A stretch of 21,228 nt of DNA from an uncultured Planctomycetaceae bacterium (GCA_964358875.1 CAYHRR010000008.1:1-21228), one strand, 5' to 3'. Positions 7,969 to 16,025 are shown, numbered from the stretch's first letter. Notes: a model not told the origin generated them from the sequence alone. Translations and numbers: made by a program.

Positions 7969-8745
7969 CTAAACGCCCATCACGTGATAGCCCGCGTCGA
8001 CGTACACGATCGAGCCGGTGATGCCGCGCGAGTGCGGGCCGCACAGGAACAAGCAGGTGTCGCCGACTTCCTCGGCCGTGACGTTGCGGCGCAGCGGCGC
8101 GGTCTCGGCGATGTGGTCGAGCATCGCGTTGAAGCCCGAAACACCGGCCGCCGACAGCGTGCGGATCGGCCCGGCGCTGATCGCATTGACGCGTATGCCG
8201 CGCGGTCCGAGGTCGGCGGCGAGGTAGCGCACGCTCGCTTCGAGCGCGGCCTTGGCGATGCCCATGATGTTGTAGTTCTTGATCACGCGCTCACCGCCGA
8301 GGTAGGTCAGCGTGACGATCGAGCCTTCGCGGCCTTCCATCAGCGGCAGCGCCTTGCGCGTGATCTCGGTCAGCGAGTAGGCGGACACCTCGTGGGCAAG
8401 CATGTAGCCCGCCTTCGAGGTGTGGAAGAAGTCGCCCTCGAGCTCCTCGCGCTTGGCGAAGGCGACGGCGTGGATCACCGAGTCGAGCCCGCCCAACTCG
8501 CGCTTGATCGATTCCATCACCGCGTCCGTCTCGTCGGGCTTGGTGACGTCGCAGGGCAGCACGATCGCGCCGGGCAATTCGGCCGCGAGTTCGCGCACGC
8601 TCCTTTCGAGGCGCTCGTTGGCGTAGGTCACCGCCAGGCGCATGCCGCTGTCGGCCAGCGAGCGCGCGCAGGCCCAAGCGATCGAACGCTTGTTGGCGAC
8701 GCCGAAGATCACGCCGGTTTTGCCGTCGAGCGAGTAGGTCAATTC
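7969..8745 (-). CDS. fabI: Enoyl-[acyl-carrier-protein] reductase (NADH), FabI
   Basis: The motifs LDGKTGVIFGVANKRSIAW (Rossmann), the Y...K catalytic region (SAYSLTEITRKALPLM...YLGGERVIKNYNIMGIAKAALEAS) and the C-terminus GSIVYVDAGYHVMGV are all present. A TTG start at 8745 is preceded by a perfect AAGGAGG Shine-Dalgarno (8754-8760). The 327-aa track ORF is an N-terminal over-extension. Confidence 0.9.
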   Translation of the reverse strand, partial: ELTYSLDGKTGVIFGVANKRSIAWACARSLADSGMRLAVTYANERLERSVRELAAELPGAIVLPCDVTKPDETDAVMESIKRELGGLDSVIHAVAFAKREELEGDFFHTSKAGYMLAHEVSAYSLTEITRKALPLMEGREGSIVTLTYLGGERVIKNYNIMGIAKAALEASVRYLAADLGPRGIRVNAISAGPIRTLSAAGVSGFNAMLDHIAETAPLRRNVTAEEVGDTCLFLCGPHSRGITGSIVYVDAGYHVMGV

Positions 8746-8753
8746 ACGAGCCT

Positions 8754-8760
8754 CCTTGCC
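8754..8760 (-). promoter_or_regulatory. Ribosome-binding site (AAGGAGG) for fabI
   Basis: On the minus strand the sequence reads aaggagg-ctcgtgaa-TTG, giving 8-nt spacing to the TTG start. Confidence 0.5.
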
Positions 8761-8979
8761 GCTGGCGCTGTTCGAGCGCGCGGGCCGGGGATGGTAGCGC
8801 TGCGCGTTGCGTGCACCAATGCAGCGTTGCGCGCGCTGGATCGTGCGCGTCGACGTCCGTATCCTGCGCCGCGCGTTCGGCGACTTACGAATTCGTGAGC
8901 GCGCTCCGCGTAGACGCGCCACTTCCCGATTCCGCGCGTCGCGCTGCTGCACTGCGCCGCCACCCCACGGGAGAACTCG

Positions 8980-9531
8980 ATGCCCTTACCGATGCAGGCC
9001 ATCTACCTCGGCTCCGCGATCGTCGGCGGAGGCTTGCTGCTGTTGCAGATGGCGATGTCGTTGCTGGGCGGCGAGCACGACGCCGGCGGCGACCACGAAT
9101 TGCACGCCGGCGATCTCGAGCACGAGTCGGGCGGCATGGGCTTCAGCTTCCGCGCCGTCGTCGCGTTCCTGACCTTCTTCGGCATCGGCGGCATGGCCTC
9201 GCTCAGCGCCGGATTGTCGACCACGGCGACGCTCGCCATCGCGGTCGGCTGCGGATCGCTCGCGTTTTGGCTGATCGGACTGGCGCTGCGCTCGTTCAAC
9301 AAGCTGCGCGCCTCGGGCAACGTTGAGATCGGCAACGCCGTCGGAGCGGAGGCGAAGGTCTATCTGACCGTCCCCGCCGGCGGCAGCGGCGAAGGCTCGG
9401 TCACGCTGACCATCCAAGGCCGCATCCAACAATTCAAGGCGCTGACCAAGGGCCGTGAACTCAAGACCGGCGCGCTGTGTCGCGTGGTCGCCGTCCGTTC
9501 GAGTGACACGCTCGAAATCGAGAGCGTCTGA
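8980..9531 (+). CDS. NfeD-like (YqiJ/YuaF-type) membrane protein with a C-terminal OB-fold, partner of flotillin
   Basis: A GGGAGA Shine-Dalgarno lies 6 nt upstream of the ATG. The N-terminal half is two hydrophobic helices (IYLGSAIVGGGLLLL; FRAVVAFLTFFGIGGMASL). The C-terminal segment GAEAKVYLTVPAGGSGEGSVTLTIQGRIQQFKALTKGRELKTGALCRVVAVRSSDTLEIE is a typical NfeD beta-barrel. A flotillin gene follows 17 nt downstream. Confidence 0.75.
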   Translation: MPLPMQAIYLGSAIVGGGLLLLQMAMSLLGGEHDAGGDHELHAGDLEHESGGMGFSFRAVVAFLTFFGIGGMASLSAGLSTTATLAIAVGCGSLAFWLIGLALRSFNKLRASGNVEIGNAVGAEAKVYLTVPAGGSGEGSVTLTIQGRIQQFKALTKGRELKTGALCRVVAVRSSDTLEIESV

Positions 9532-9548
9532 TTTCCCCAGGAGCATCC

Positions 9549-11360
9549 ATGCCGTTCGCACTGTTCTCCGCCGCGTTCCAACAGGACTTCATTAAGGACA
9601 ACATCTGGGTTGTCGTCGGCGCGATCGCCGTCCTGTTCTTCGGAGCGAGCTTGTTGCTGATGTTCGTGGCGCGCTACCGGCGCTGTCCGTCGAACAAGAT
9701 CCTGGTGATCTACGGCCGCGTCAGCAAAGGCGAGGCGGCGCGCTGCCTGCACGGCGGCGGCACCTTCGTGATGCCGTTGATCCAGGCCTACGACTACCTC
9801 GATCTCGAGCCGATCCAAATCGAAGTGCCGCTCAAGGGTGCGCTCTCGTCGGAGAACATCCGCGTCAACGTGCCGAGCTACTTCACGGTCGCGATCGGCA
9901 CCGCGCAGGGCGTGATGCAAAACGCCGCGATCCGTTTGCTCGGGCTGACGACCGAAGCGATCAAGAGCCAAGCGCTCGACATCATCTTCGGCCAGCTGCG
10001 CCAGGTGATCGCCTCGATGCCGATCGACGCGATCAACAAGAACCGCGACGAGTTCCTCAAGAACATCCAGATCTCGCTCGAGCCGGAGCTCGAGAAGATC
10101 GGGCTGGTGCTGATCAACGTCAACATCACCGACATCACCGACGAGTCGGGCTACATCGAAGCGCTCGGTCGCAAGGCGGCCAGCGAGGCGATTCGTCAGG
10201 CCGAAATCGACGTCGCCGAACAAACCAAGAAGGGCGCGATCGGCGTCGCTGCGGCCCAGCGCGACCAAGAAATCGAAGTGGCGCAGGCGACCAAGTTGCG
10301 CGAGATCGGCACCAAGGACGCCGAGCGCGAAATGGCGGTCAAGGTCGCCGAGCTCGGGCGCGCGCGTTCGGTCGGCGAGCAAAAGGCCGGCTTCGAACGC
10401 GAGGCACAGGTCAAGGACGCCGAGCAACAGATGCGCGTGCAGATCGCCAAGGCCAACGCGATGGCGGTCGCCGGCGAGAAGGACGCGCAGCGCGAAATGG
10501 CCGTGCGCGTCGCCGAGTTGGCCAAGGCCCAGGCGATCGGCGAGCAGACCGCGGCCTTCGAGCGCGAATCGCAGGTCAAGGAAGCCGAACGCCAGATGCG
10601 CATCCAGGTCGCCAACGCCAACGCCGAGGCGGTGTCGGGCGAGAACCTGTCGAAGGCGCTGATCGCCGCTTCCGAGGCCGGTCTCAAGGTCAAGCAGGCC
10701 GAGAGCTTCGCGCTCGGCGAGACCAAGCAGCGCCAAGCCCAGGCCGAAGTGTTCGCGGCGCAATACACGGCGGAGGCGGTGGCCGCGGAAGCGAACGGCA
10801 AGAAGATCGAGGCCGAGCAGCGCGCACAGCTCGAGGCGCCCGCGCGCGCGCAGAAGGCGCGCATCGTCGTCGAAGCGGAGGCCGAGGCCGAGAAGCTCAA
10901 GATCGAAGCGGCCGGCCGCGCGGCCGCGACCGTGCTGCAAGCCGAAGGCGATGCCAAGGCGACCTACGCGCGCCTCGAGGCGCAAGCGCGCGGCGAGTTC
11001 GAGATCCTCGCGCGGAAGGCGGAAGGTCTGCGCAAGCTCGTCGACGGCTGCGGCGGCGCCGACAAGGCCTTCCAGTTGATGATGCTCGAGCACCTCGACC
11101 ACTTGGCCGACAGCTCCGCCAAGGCCATCGCGAACATCAAGTTCGACAAGGTCACCGTGTGGGATCCGGGCACCGGCAAGGGCGGCGCGAGCGGTTTCCT
11201 GGCGAGCCTCGGGCAGTCCGTTCCGCCGCTGATGAACGTGATGCGTTCGATCGGCGGAGTCGATTTGCCCGAGTACCTCGGCAAGCTCGCGCCCGGCGCG
11301 ACCACCGATGCAGCCCCGACGGCCGCCACGGCAGCGCCGAAGGCCGACGCCAAGAAGTAG
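9549..11360 (+). CDS. Flotillin-like SPFH/band-7 protein (YqiK/FloT type)
   Basis: An N-terminal TM helix (IWVVVGAIAVLFFGASLLLMFV) is followed by an SPFH domain (ILVIYGRVSKG...FVMPLIQAYDYLDLEPIQIEVPLKGALSSENIRVNVPSYFTVAIGT). Long EA-rich coiled-coil repeats follow, including an internal ~165-bp tandem duplication (10326-10490 and 10491-10655). An AGGAG Shine-Dalgarno is present. Confidence 0.85.
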   Translation: MPFALFSAAFQQDFIKDNIWVVVGAIAVLFFGASLLLMFVARYRRCPSNKILVIYGRVSKGEAARCLHGGGTFVMPLIQAYDYLDLEPIQIEVPLKGALSSENIRVNVPSYFTVAIGTAQGVMQNAAIRLLGLTTEAIKSQALDIIFGQLRQVIASMPIDAINKNRDEFLKNIQISLEPELEKIGLVLINVNITDITDESGYIEALGRKAASEAIRQAEIDVAEQTKKGAIGVAAAQRDQEIEVAQATKLREIGTKDAEREMAVKVAELGRARSVGEQKAGFEREAQVKDAEQQMRVQIAKANAMAVAGEKDAQREMAVRVAELAKAQAIGEQTAAFERESQVKEAERQMRIQVANANAEAVSGENLSKALIAASEAGLKVKQAESFALGETKQRQAQAEVFAAQYTAEAVAAEANGKKIEAEQRAQLEAPARAQKARIVVEAEAEAEKLKIEAAGRAAATVLQAEGDAKATYARLEAQARGEFEILARKAEGLRKLVDGCGGADKAFQLMMLEHLDHLADSSAKAIANIKFDKVTVWDPGTGKGGASGFLASLGQSVPPLMNVMRSIGGVDLPEYLGKLAPGATTDAAPTAATAAPKADAKK

Positions 11361-11421
11361 CCCCAGGGAAAACGCGCGCACGCTCCGATCTTCGAAGCGG
11401 GGAACGCGCGGCGTATGAGGC

Positions 11422-11468
11422 GCGGGCGGAGGTCGTGACCGACGGCCTCCGCCCGCACTGTTTTCTCA
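11422..11468 (+). terminator. Rho-independent terminator of the NfeD-flotillin operon
   Basis: A 15-bp GC-rich stem gcgggcggaggtcgt / acggcctccgcccgc (one G-U pair) has loop gaccg and is followed by actGTTTTCTC. The T-tract is itself part of a gttttc-tcag-gaaaac mini-palindrome. Confidence 0.7.
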
Positions 11469-11654
11469 GGAAAACGAGCCGAAACCTGCGCTTTCGCGAG
11501 TGTCCATGGCGGCCGTAGCGCCGGACGGAGCGACACGGCATCCGGGAATCTGCGTGCCCGTTTTTTTCGAGCCCACCTAGATTCTGGCCTCGATCGCGCA
11601 GCGACAGCCCGTTTCAGCGGGCGGCGCGCGAAGGTCCGGCGAGGGAGGTGTGGG

Positions 11655-12449
11655 TTGGCCTCAATGCACAAACGAGACGGCGGCGAACGTCGGCTGAGCA
11701 GCGCGGTGGTGAACGCTGCGGTTTCGGAATCCGCGGCCGTTCAATCGAAAGAGCCGGCGTCGACGCAAGCGTCCGATGTGCATGCACCGTCACCTGCGTG
11801 TGCGCTCGACCGAGCGGGCCTTCTCGCGACCGACTCCGAGGCGGCGGACCGCGCTCCCTGCCTGCCGACGGCACCGCTGCATCCGGGGCGCAGCAGTGCG
11901 CCGAACGCGCCACCACGCGCGTGGCGTTCGATCCTCGCCGCAGCGAGCCCGCGTGAAGTGCTGGCGCGCTTGGTCGGCGGCGATCCGCTCGAGTTGCGAG
12001 CGCTGTGCGCGCGCGTGACCGACGAGCGGCGTTACCTGATCGACGTCGACCGCGTGTTCCTACGCGCGGCCGCGCGCACCGCTCGCTTCGCCTTGCGCTA
12101 CCACGGCCAGCCCGAGCTCGATGAGTGGCTCACGGAGAACATCGACGCCGCGTTGCTCGACATCGTCGCCGATGATTCCGAGGTCGGCGACGCACCGCGC
12201 GATCCCTCGGCGCTCGACGATTTCGCGCGCCCGCTCGGTCTCGACCCCAATCGCGTGCATTTGGCGTGCGCGGCCTTCAATCGACTTCCGAGCGCCGAAC
12301 GCAGCGCCTACTGGGTGCTGATGATTCGCCTGCGTTCGCTGGATGAGGCCGTCGTCGAACTCGGTGGGAGCGCGACCGAGATCGCGCGCAGCGCGCGGCG
12401 CGCCCTGGACACACTGGTCGCCGTCCTCGAGGGCAAGGAGAGCGCGTGA
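11655..12449 (+). CDS. Hypothetical regulator with a C-terminal sigma-70 region-4-like HTH; a divergent ECF-type sigma factor or HTH regulator
   Basis: The C-terminus RLPSAERSAYWVLMIRLRSLDEAVVELGGSATEIARSARRALDTL aligns with ECF sigma region 4 (LPERQREVFLLRYYEGLSYEEIAEILGISVGTVKSRLHRARKKL). The upstream segment VFLRAAARTARFALRYHGQPELDEWLTENI is weakly region-2-like. The N-terminal ~90 aa are low-complexity, so the true start is uncertain and could lie downstream. The stop overlaps the next gene's start. Confidence 0.5.
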   Translation: MASMHKRDGGERRLSSAVVNAAVSESAAVQSKEPASTQASDVHAPSPACALDRAGLLATDSEAADRAPCLPTAPLHPGRSSAPNAPPRAWRSILAAASPREVLARLVGGDPLELRALCARVTDERRYLIDVDRVFLRAAARTARFALRYHGQPELDEWLTENIDAALLDIVADDSEVGDAPRDPSALDDFARPLGLDPNRVHLACAAFNRLPSAERSAYWVLMIRLRSLDEAVVELGGSATEIARSARRALDTLVAVLEGKESA

Positions 12450-13174
12450 TGGGACCCTTCATGCAAGTTGGTGGACTGGGACTCGCGCAGACCGTGTCCA
12501 CGCTCCTCGAACATGCCGGTCCGCTGCACCTCGACGGACAGCCGCTGCGCGCGGCGATCGCATTGCGCTTCGACGGCTTGTGCATCGGCGCGCTCGATCG
12601 GCGTCTCGCCTGTGCGGAGCGTGAGTTGGCGCGGCTGCACGGTTTCGAAACGGCGCGCTTGCTGCGCGAGGCTGCTGCGCTGTGGAACGCATCGAGCTAC
12701 GCGAGCGGAGCGAGCGACGCGAATCGACCGAGCTACGCAAGCGGAGCGAGCGATGCGAATCGACCGAGCTACGCAAGCGGAGCGAGCGATGCGAATCGAT
12801 CGAGCTACGCGAGCGGAGCGCTGCGGCTCGCGACGCTGCGCATGGCCTTGCGCGAGGAACTGCGTTGCCAAGTCGCGGACGGCGTGCGCGCGACACCGCG
12901 CTTGCAGTCGATGATCGCGCGTTGCGCGAGTCTCGAGCCCGCCTCGTGGGACGCTGCGGAGCTGGCTCTCGCAGCGCTCGCGTTGCGCAACGACAGCGCC
13001 GCGCGCACGCGCCTCGGCGAGGTCCTGCTCGCCTGCGCGGGCCGGTCTGCACCCATGGACACCAACACTGAAGCGGAAGCGCCTACGCGGGCCGCCGCGA
13101 TGCTGCGCGCACTCGCGCCCTACCGCTGCTGCGCGTCGGTCGATTCGCGCAGAGTTCGAGTTGCCAACCGCTGA
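12446..13174 (+). CDS. Hypothetical alpha-helical protein with an in-frame SYASGASDANRP tandem repeat
   Basis: GTG-ATG sits at 12446/12449 and overlaps the upstream stop (translational coupling). The product is 242 aa. The 36-bp repeats translate in this frame to SYASGASDANRP x3.5, and the stop lies 16 nt before the ATG of the next gene. Confidence 0.5.
   Translation: MMGPFMQVGGLGLAQTVSTLLEHAGPLHLDGQPLRAAIALRFDGLCIGALDRRLACAERELARLHGFETARLLREAAALWNASSYASGASDANRPSYASGASDANRPSYASGASDANRSSYASGALRLATLRMALREELRCQVADGVRATPRLQSMIARCASLEPASWDAAELALAALALRNDSAARTRLGEVLLACAGRSAPMDTNTEAEAPTRAAAMLRALAPYRCCASVDSRRVRVANR
12695..12820 (+). repeat. Perfect-period 36-bp tandem repeat, 3.5 copies, inside the CDS
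   Basis: The copies are agctacgcgagcggagcgagcgacgcgaatcgaccg (12695-12730), agctacgcaagcggagcgagcgatgcgaatcgaccg (12731-12766), agctacgcaagcggagcgagcgatgcgaatcgatcg (12767-12802) and a partial agctacgcgagcggagcg (12803-12820). Copies differ by 1-2 nt. Confidence 0.9.
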
Positions 13175-15908
13175 CGAAAGCGAGTTCCCCATGCATCCGT
13201 GCGACAACCTCGAATTGCTGTTGCCCAACGTCGCGCCGACGCGCCTCGAGCGCGCGCGCAAGTTGACCACGATGTTGCGGCTGTTGACCGACGACGCACG
13301 GCGCGCGCCGGCGTCGAGCGTGCGCGCCAACCTTGATCGCGCTCGCGGCGAACTCGAGTTGCACACGCGCACGCGTCTGCGCGAAGGCGTGGTCGATCTG
13401 CTGCGCCGGCACCTGCTCGCCGACGTCGGCGTCGACAGCTTCGCGTGGTACGGCGAGCTGCAATCGACAGCGTCTTGCGCGTGGAGCGTGATCGAGGAAT
13501 ACCGCGACGAGCTCACCTGGCTGCCGCATGTGCCGGAGCCGAATGAAACTGCGGCCGCGGTCGCAGAACGCTTGCTCGCGACTTTGGAGCGTCTGGGTGT
13601 GACGCCGCGAGAGGTGGATTTGTGGCGTGCCCGTGTGCTGCGAGCGAACTCCGGTCCGGAGTGCGGGGAAGCTGCCTTTCGAGAGTTGCTCGATGCCGCG
13701 CTTCGAGCGGCGCGCGCACCGGATGCCCGTGTGTTGTGCGGCGCGGTCGAGTGCCTGCTCGATCGCGGAGCCGTGCGCGCGGCGCGGCACCTGCTCGACG
13801 AACACGCCGCGTGGTCCTCGAACAACGAACGTGTCGCGCGCTTGCGCAGTTGGACGGTGTTGTTGCAAGAGGATGAGAACGGCGCGCGCAGCGCCGTCGT
13901 AGGTCATGGGGCGTGGCGCGGACGGATTCCGCAGTCGCTCGTCGAGTTGCGCGGACGGCGCAGCGCCTGGCTGCCGCTCCTGGCCGGCGTTGCTCCGCAG
14001 CCGGCGCTCGCCTGCGCCGGCACGTCCGAGCGCAGCGTGTCGCGCAAGGCGGTCGGCGCACTCGTGCTGGCCGTGTTTGCGCTGCGCGAAGTGGGGCGCC
14101 ACGAATACCTGGACGGCGACATCGCTCCTGGACTGCGTGAGCGCATGCCCGATTGGTTGCGCGGTCTCGATGGCGCATGCAGTGAGCCTTCGTCGCCCGA
14201 GCATTGCGCCGTCGTCGAGGCGCGCGTCGCGATCGTGCATCGCAGCGCGCCCGGCGAGCTGCGCAGCGCCGTGAGCGCCGCGCATGTCCAAGCCCTTGCC
14301 GTCGTGCCCATCGTCGACGACGCCGGCGAAGTCGCCGGTTGGCTGCGTTTGGAGTGGGATCACCATCTGGTGCCGTCCGTGCGCGCGCTCGAACGCTTGG
14401 CCTTCGCGTGGCGCGAGCGCGTCCTTGCGCAGCGCGCGAACGATCAGGCCTCGTCGGCATCCCACGCGCCGCATTCGGGGTCGTCCGACATCGAGTGGGC
14501 GACGCCTGCGGTCGAAGGCGCCTGCGCCGAGGTGTTGCGCGCGCTTGTTTCCGAAGTCGGCATGAAGACGGCGCAACGACGTTGGTGGGGCTTCGAGGTC
14601 AGCGGGACGACGTGCCGCCTCGCTGCAGAGGGCGGAAGCGCGCTCGGTGAGGGCGAGCTCGGCGGTTCCCGTGCGCTGCGGCGCGCCTTGCGCAGCGGCA
14701 GCGTCGTGCAGTTCGACGAGCCGGACTGCGAACTGTCGATCCGCAGGGACGCGGCCTCGGGCGTGGTGCTGCCGCTGCTCGTGCGCGGAGAGCTGTGCGG
14801 ACTGCTCGCGGTCGAATCCGCGCGGCGCAAGGACTTTCCCGCAGCCCTGACGGCGCGTTGGACCGAGCGCGTGCGTTGGAATGCGCTCGATCTGCGCGTG
14901 GCGCGTTTTCGCGAGTGGCACAGCCTCGTGTTCGACCACGACGTGCACTTCGCGTCGCACACGGCGCAGAGTGCGACGTGGGTCGAACAGGTGCTTGCTG
15001 CTGCAGCTTCCGATTCCGCGTGCACGTTGATCGGACCCAGCGGCAGCGGCAAGCACGTCGTCGCGCGCTGGCTGCACTTCGAGCGTGGCGCTGCGCCGCG
15101 TTTCGAGAGCTTCACGTGCGGCGACGACGAGCGCGCGTTGTGGGGGGCAGGCGCGGACGATGAACCGATGCTCAGGCGTGCACTCGGCGGCACGCTCGTG
15201 TTGGAGGACATCGAGCGCCTTTCCGTTGCCGGTCAAACGCGGCTGTTGTCGGCCTTGGAACGCCAAGCCGCGCAGCCGGCGCGCTCGGTGCGTTGGGTCG
15301 TCACTTCGAAGCTGGCCCTCGAGCGCTCGATCGCTGCCGGCACCCTGCGCGAGGATCTGGGCCGCCGTCTCGAGCGTCTGCAAATCCGAGTGCCGGCGCT
15401 CGACGAGCGCCGGCCCGAGCTCCTGCGCATCGTCGCGTTGCTCACGCGGCGCTTCGCGCGCGAGGAGGGCGTGCCGCCGCCGCGTTTCGACGACGAAGCG
15501 CTCGCCATGTTGTGGCGCCAACCGTGGCGCGCCAACCTGCGCGAGCTCGAGAACCTCGTCTTCAAGCTCGTGCTGTTCCACGCGGGACAAGACGTGCAGG
15601 TCGAGCACGTCGAAGCACTCGCGCGCCGGCACGGACTCGAGCTGCTTCCGCGCGTGTCGTCCCGCTCTCCGGACGCGGAATTGGTACGCGCTGCGCTGGC
15701 GTCCACTGCGAACTTGCGCGGCACGATCAACAAGACGCGCGCCGCGCTCTACCTCGGCTGGGATCCCGACACGCTCGTGTCGCGCATGACCGAACTCGGG
15801 CTGGCGGTGGGCCGCGTCGACCTTGCCGGTTTGACGACGACCCAGAGGTCAACCAGCGAGTTGCCGTCGGCACCGAAGGACGCTGCTTCGAGCGACGATG
15901 TGCGCTGA
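13161..15908 (+). CDS. Large multidomain regulator: N-terminal helical region, GAF-like regions, a sigma-54-activator-type AAA+ domain with degenerate motifs, and a C-terminal Fis-type HTH
   Basis: The AAA+ core LIGPSGSGKHVVARWLHFER...GGTLVLEDIERLSVAGQTRLLSALE parallels NtrC GESGTGKE...GGTLFLDEIGEL...Q.KLLRVL. The GAFTGA loop is absent (replaced by ERALWGAGADDEP), and the Walker B reads LEDIE instead of LDEI. A C-terminal Fis-type HTH is present (LRGTINKTRAALYLGWDPDTLVSRMTELGL). GAF-like stretches are visible (e.g. VVPIVDDAGEVAGWLRLEWD; VVLPLLVRGELCGLLAVESA). TTG at 13161 is one possible start; ATG at 13191 is the alternative. Confidence 0.75.
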   Translation: MPTADESEFPMHPCDNLELLLPNVAPTRLERARKLTTMLRLLTDDARRAPASSVRANLDRARGELELHTRTRLREGVVDLLRRHLLADVGVDSFAWYGELQSTASCAWSVIEEYRDELTWLPHVPEPNETAAAVAERLLATLERLGVTPREVDLWRARVLRANSGPECGEAAFRELLDAALRAARAPDARVLCGAVECLLDRGAVRAARHLLDEHAAWSSNNERVARLRSWTVLLQEDENGARSAVVGHGAWRGRIPQSLVELRGRRSAWLPLLAGVAPQPALACAGTSERSVSRKAVGALVLAVFALREVGRHEYLDGDIAPGLRERMPDWLRGLDGACSEPSSPEHCAVVEARVAIVHRSAPGELRSAVSAAHVQALAVVPIVDDAGEVAGWLRLEWDHHLVPSVRALERLAFAWRERVLAQRANDQASSASHAPHSGSSDIEWATPAVEGACAEVLRALVSEVGMKTAQRRWWGFEVSGTTCRLAAEGGSALGEGELGGSRALRRALRSGSVVQFDEPDCELSIRRDAASGVVLPLLVRGELCGLLAVESARRKDFPAALTARWTERVRWNALDLRVARFREWHSLVFDHDVHFASHTAQSATWVEQVLAAAASDSACTLIGPSGSGKHVVARWLHFERGAAPRFESFTCGDDERALWGAGADDEPMLRRALGGTLVLEDIERLSVAGQTRLLSALERQAAQPARSVRWVVTSKLALERSIAAGTLREDLGRRLERLQIRVPALDERRPELLRIVALLTRRFAREEGVPPPRFDDEALAMLWRQPWRANLRELENLVFKLVLFHAGQDVQVEHVEALARRHGLELLPRVSSRSPDAELVRAALASTANLRGTINKTRAALYLGWDPDTLVSRMTELGLAVGRVDLAGLTTTQRSTSELPSAPKDAASSDDVR

Positions 15909-15913
15909 CGGTG

Positions 15914-15936
15914 CCGACCGCAAAGGTCGGTTCTCG
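15914..15936 (+). terminator. Weak hairpin just after the regulator stop
   Basis: The hairpin ccgacc-gcaaa-ggtcgg is followed by ttctcg. The stem is short and the U-tract poor. Confidence 0.3.
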
Positions 15937-15990
15937 AACGGCCCAGGTCGAGCGCAGATCTGAACTGCGTTCTGATTCGGCATACCGGCG

Positions 15991-16025
15991 GAACAAAAGA
16001 GAGGCCCGATCGGGGTGATCGGGCC
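15991..16025 (-). terminator. Terminator-like hairpin with a T-tract on the minus strand
   Basis: A 9-bp stem ggcccgatc / gatcgggcc has loop ggggt (16003-16025). On the minus strand it is followed by TCTCTTTTGTT. No annotated minus-strand gene lies upstream of it, so it may terminate an unannotated RNA. Confidence 0.4.

Noticed and set aside
8746-8952. N-terminal 68-aa extension of fabI (track ORF to 8952)
   Set aside because: The extension is Arg-rich low-complexity sequence. A perfect Shine-Dalgarno plus TTG at 8745 gives a canonical-length FabI beginning just before the Rossmann GxxxxxG motif.
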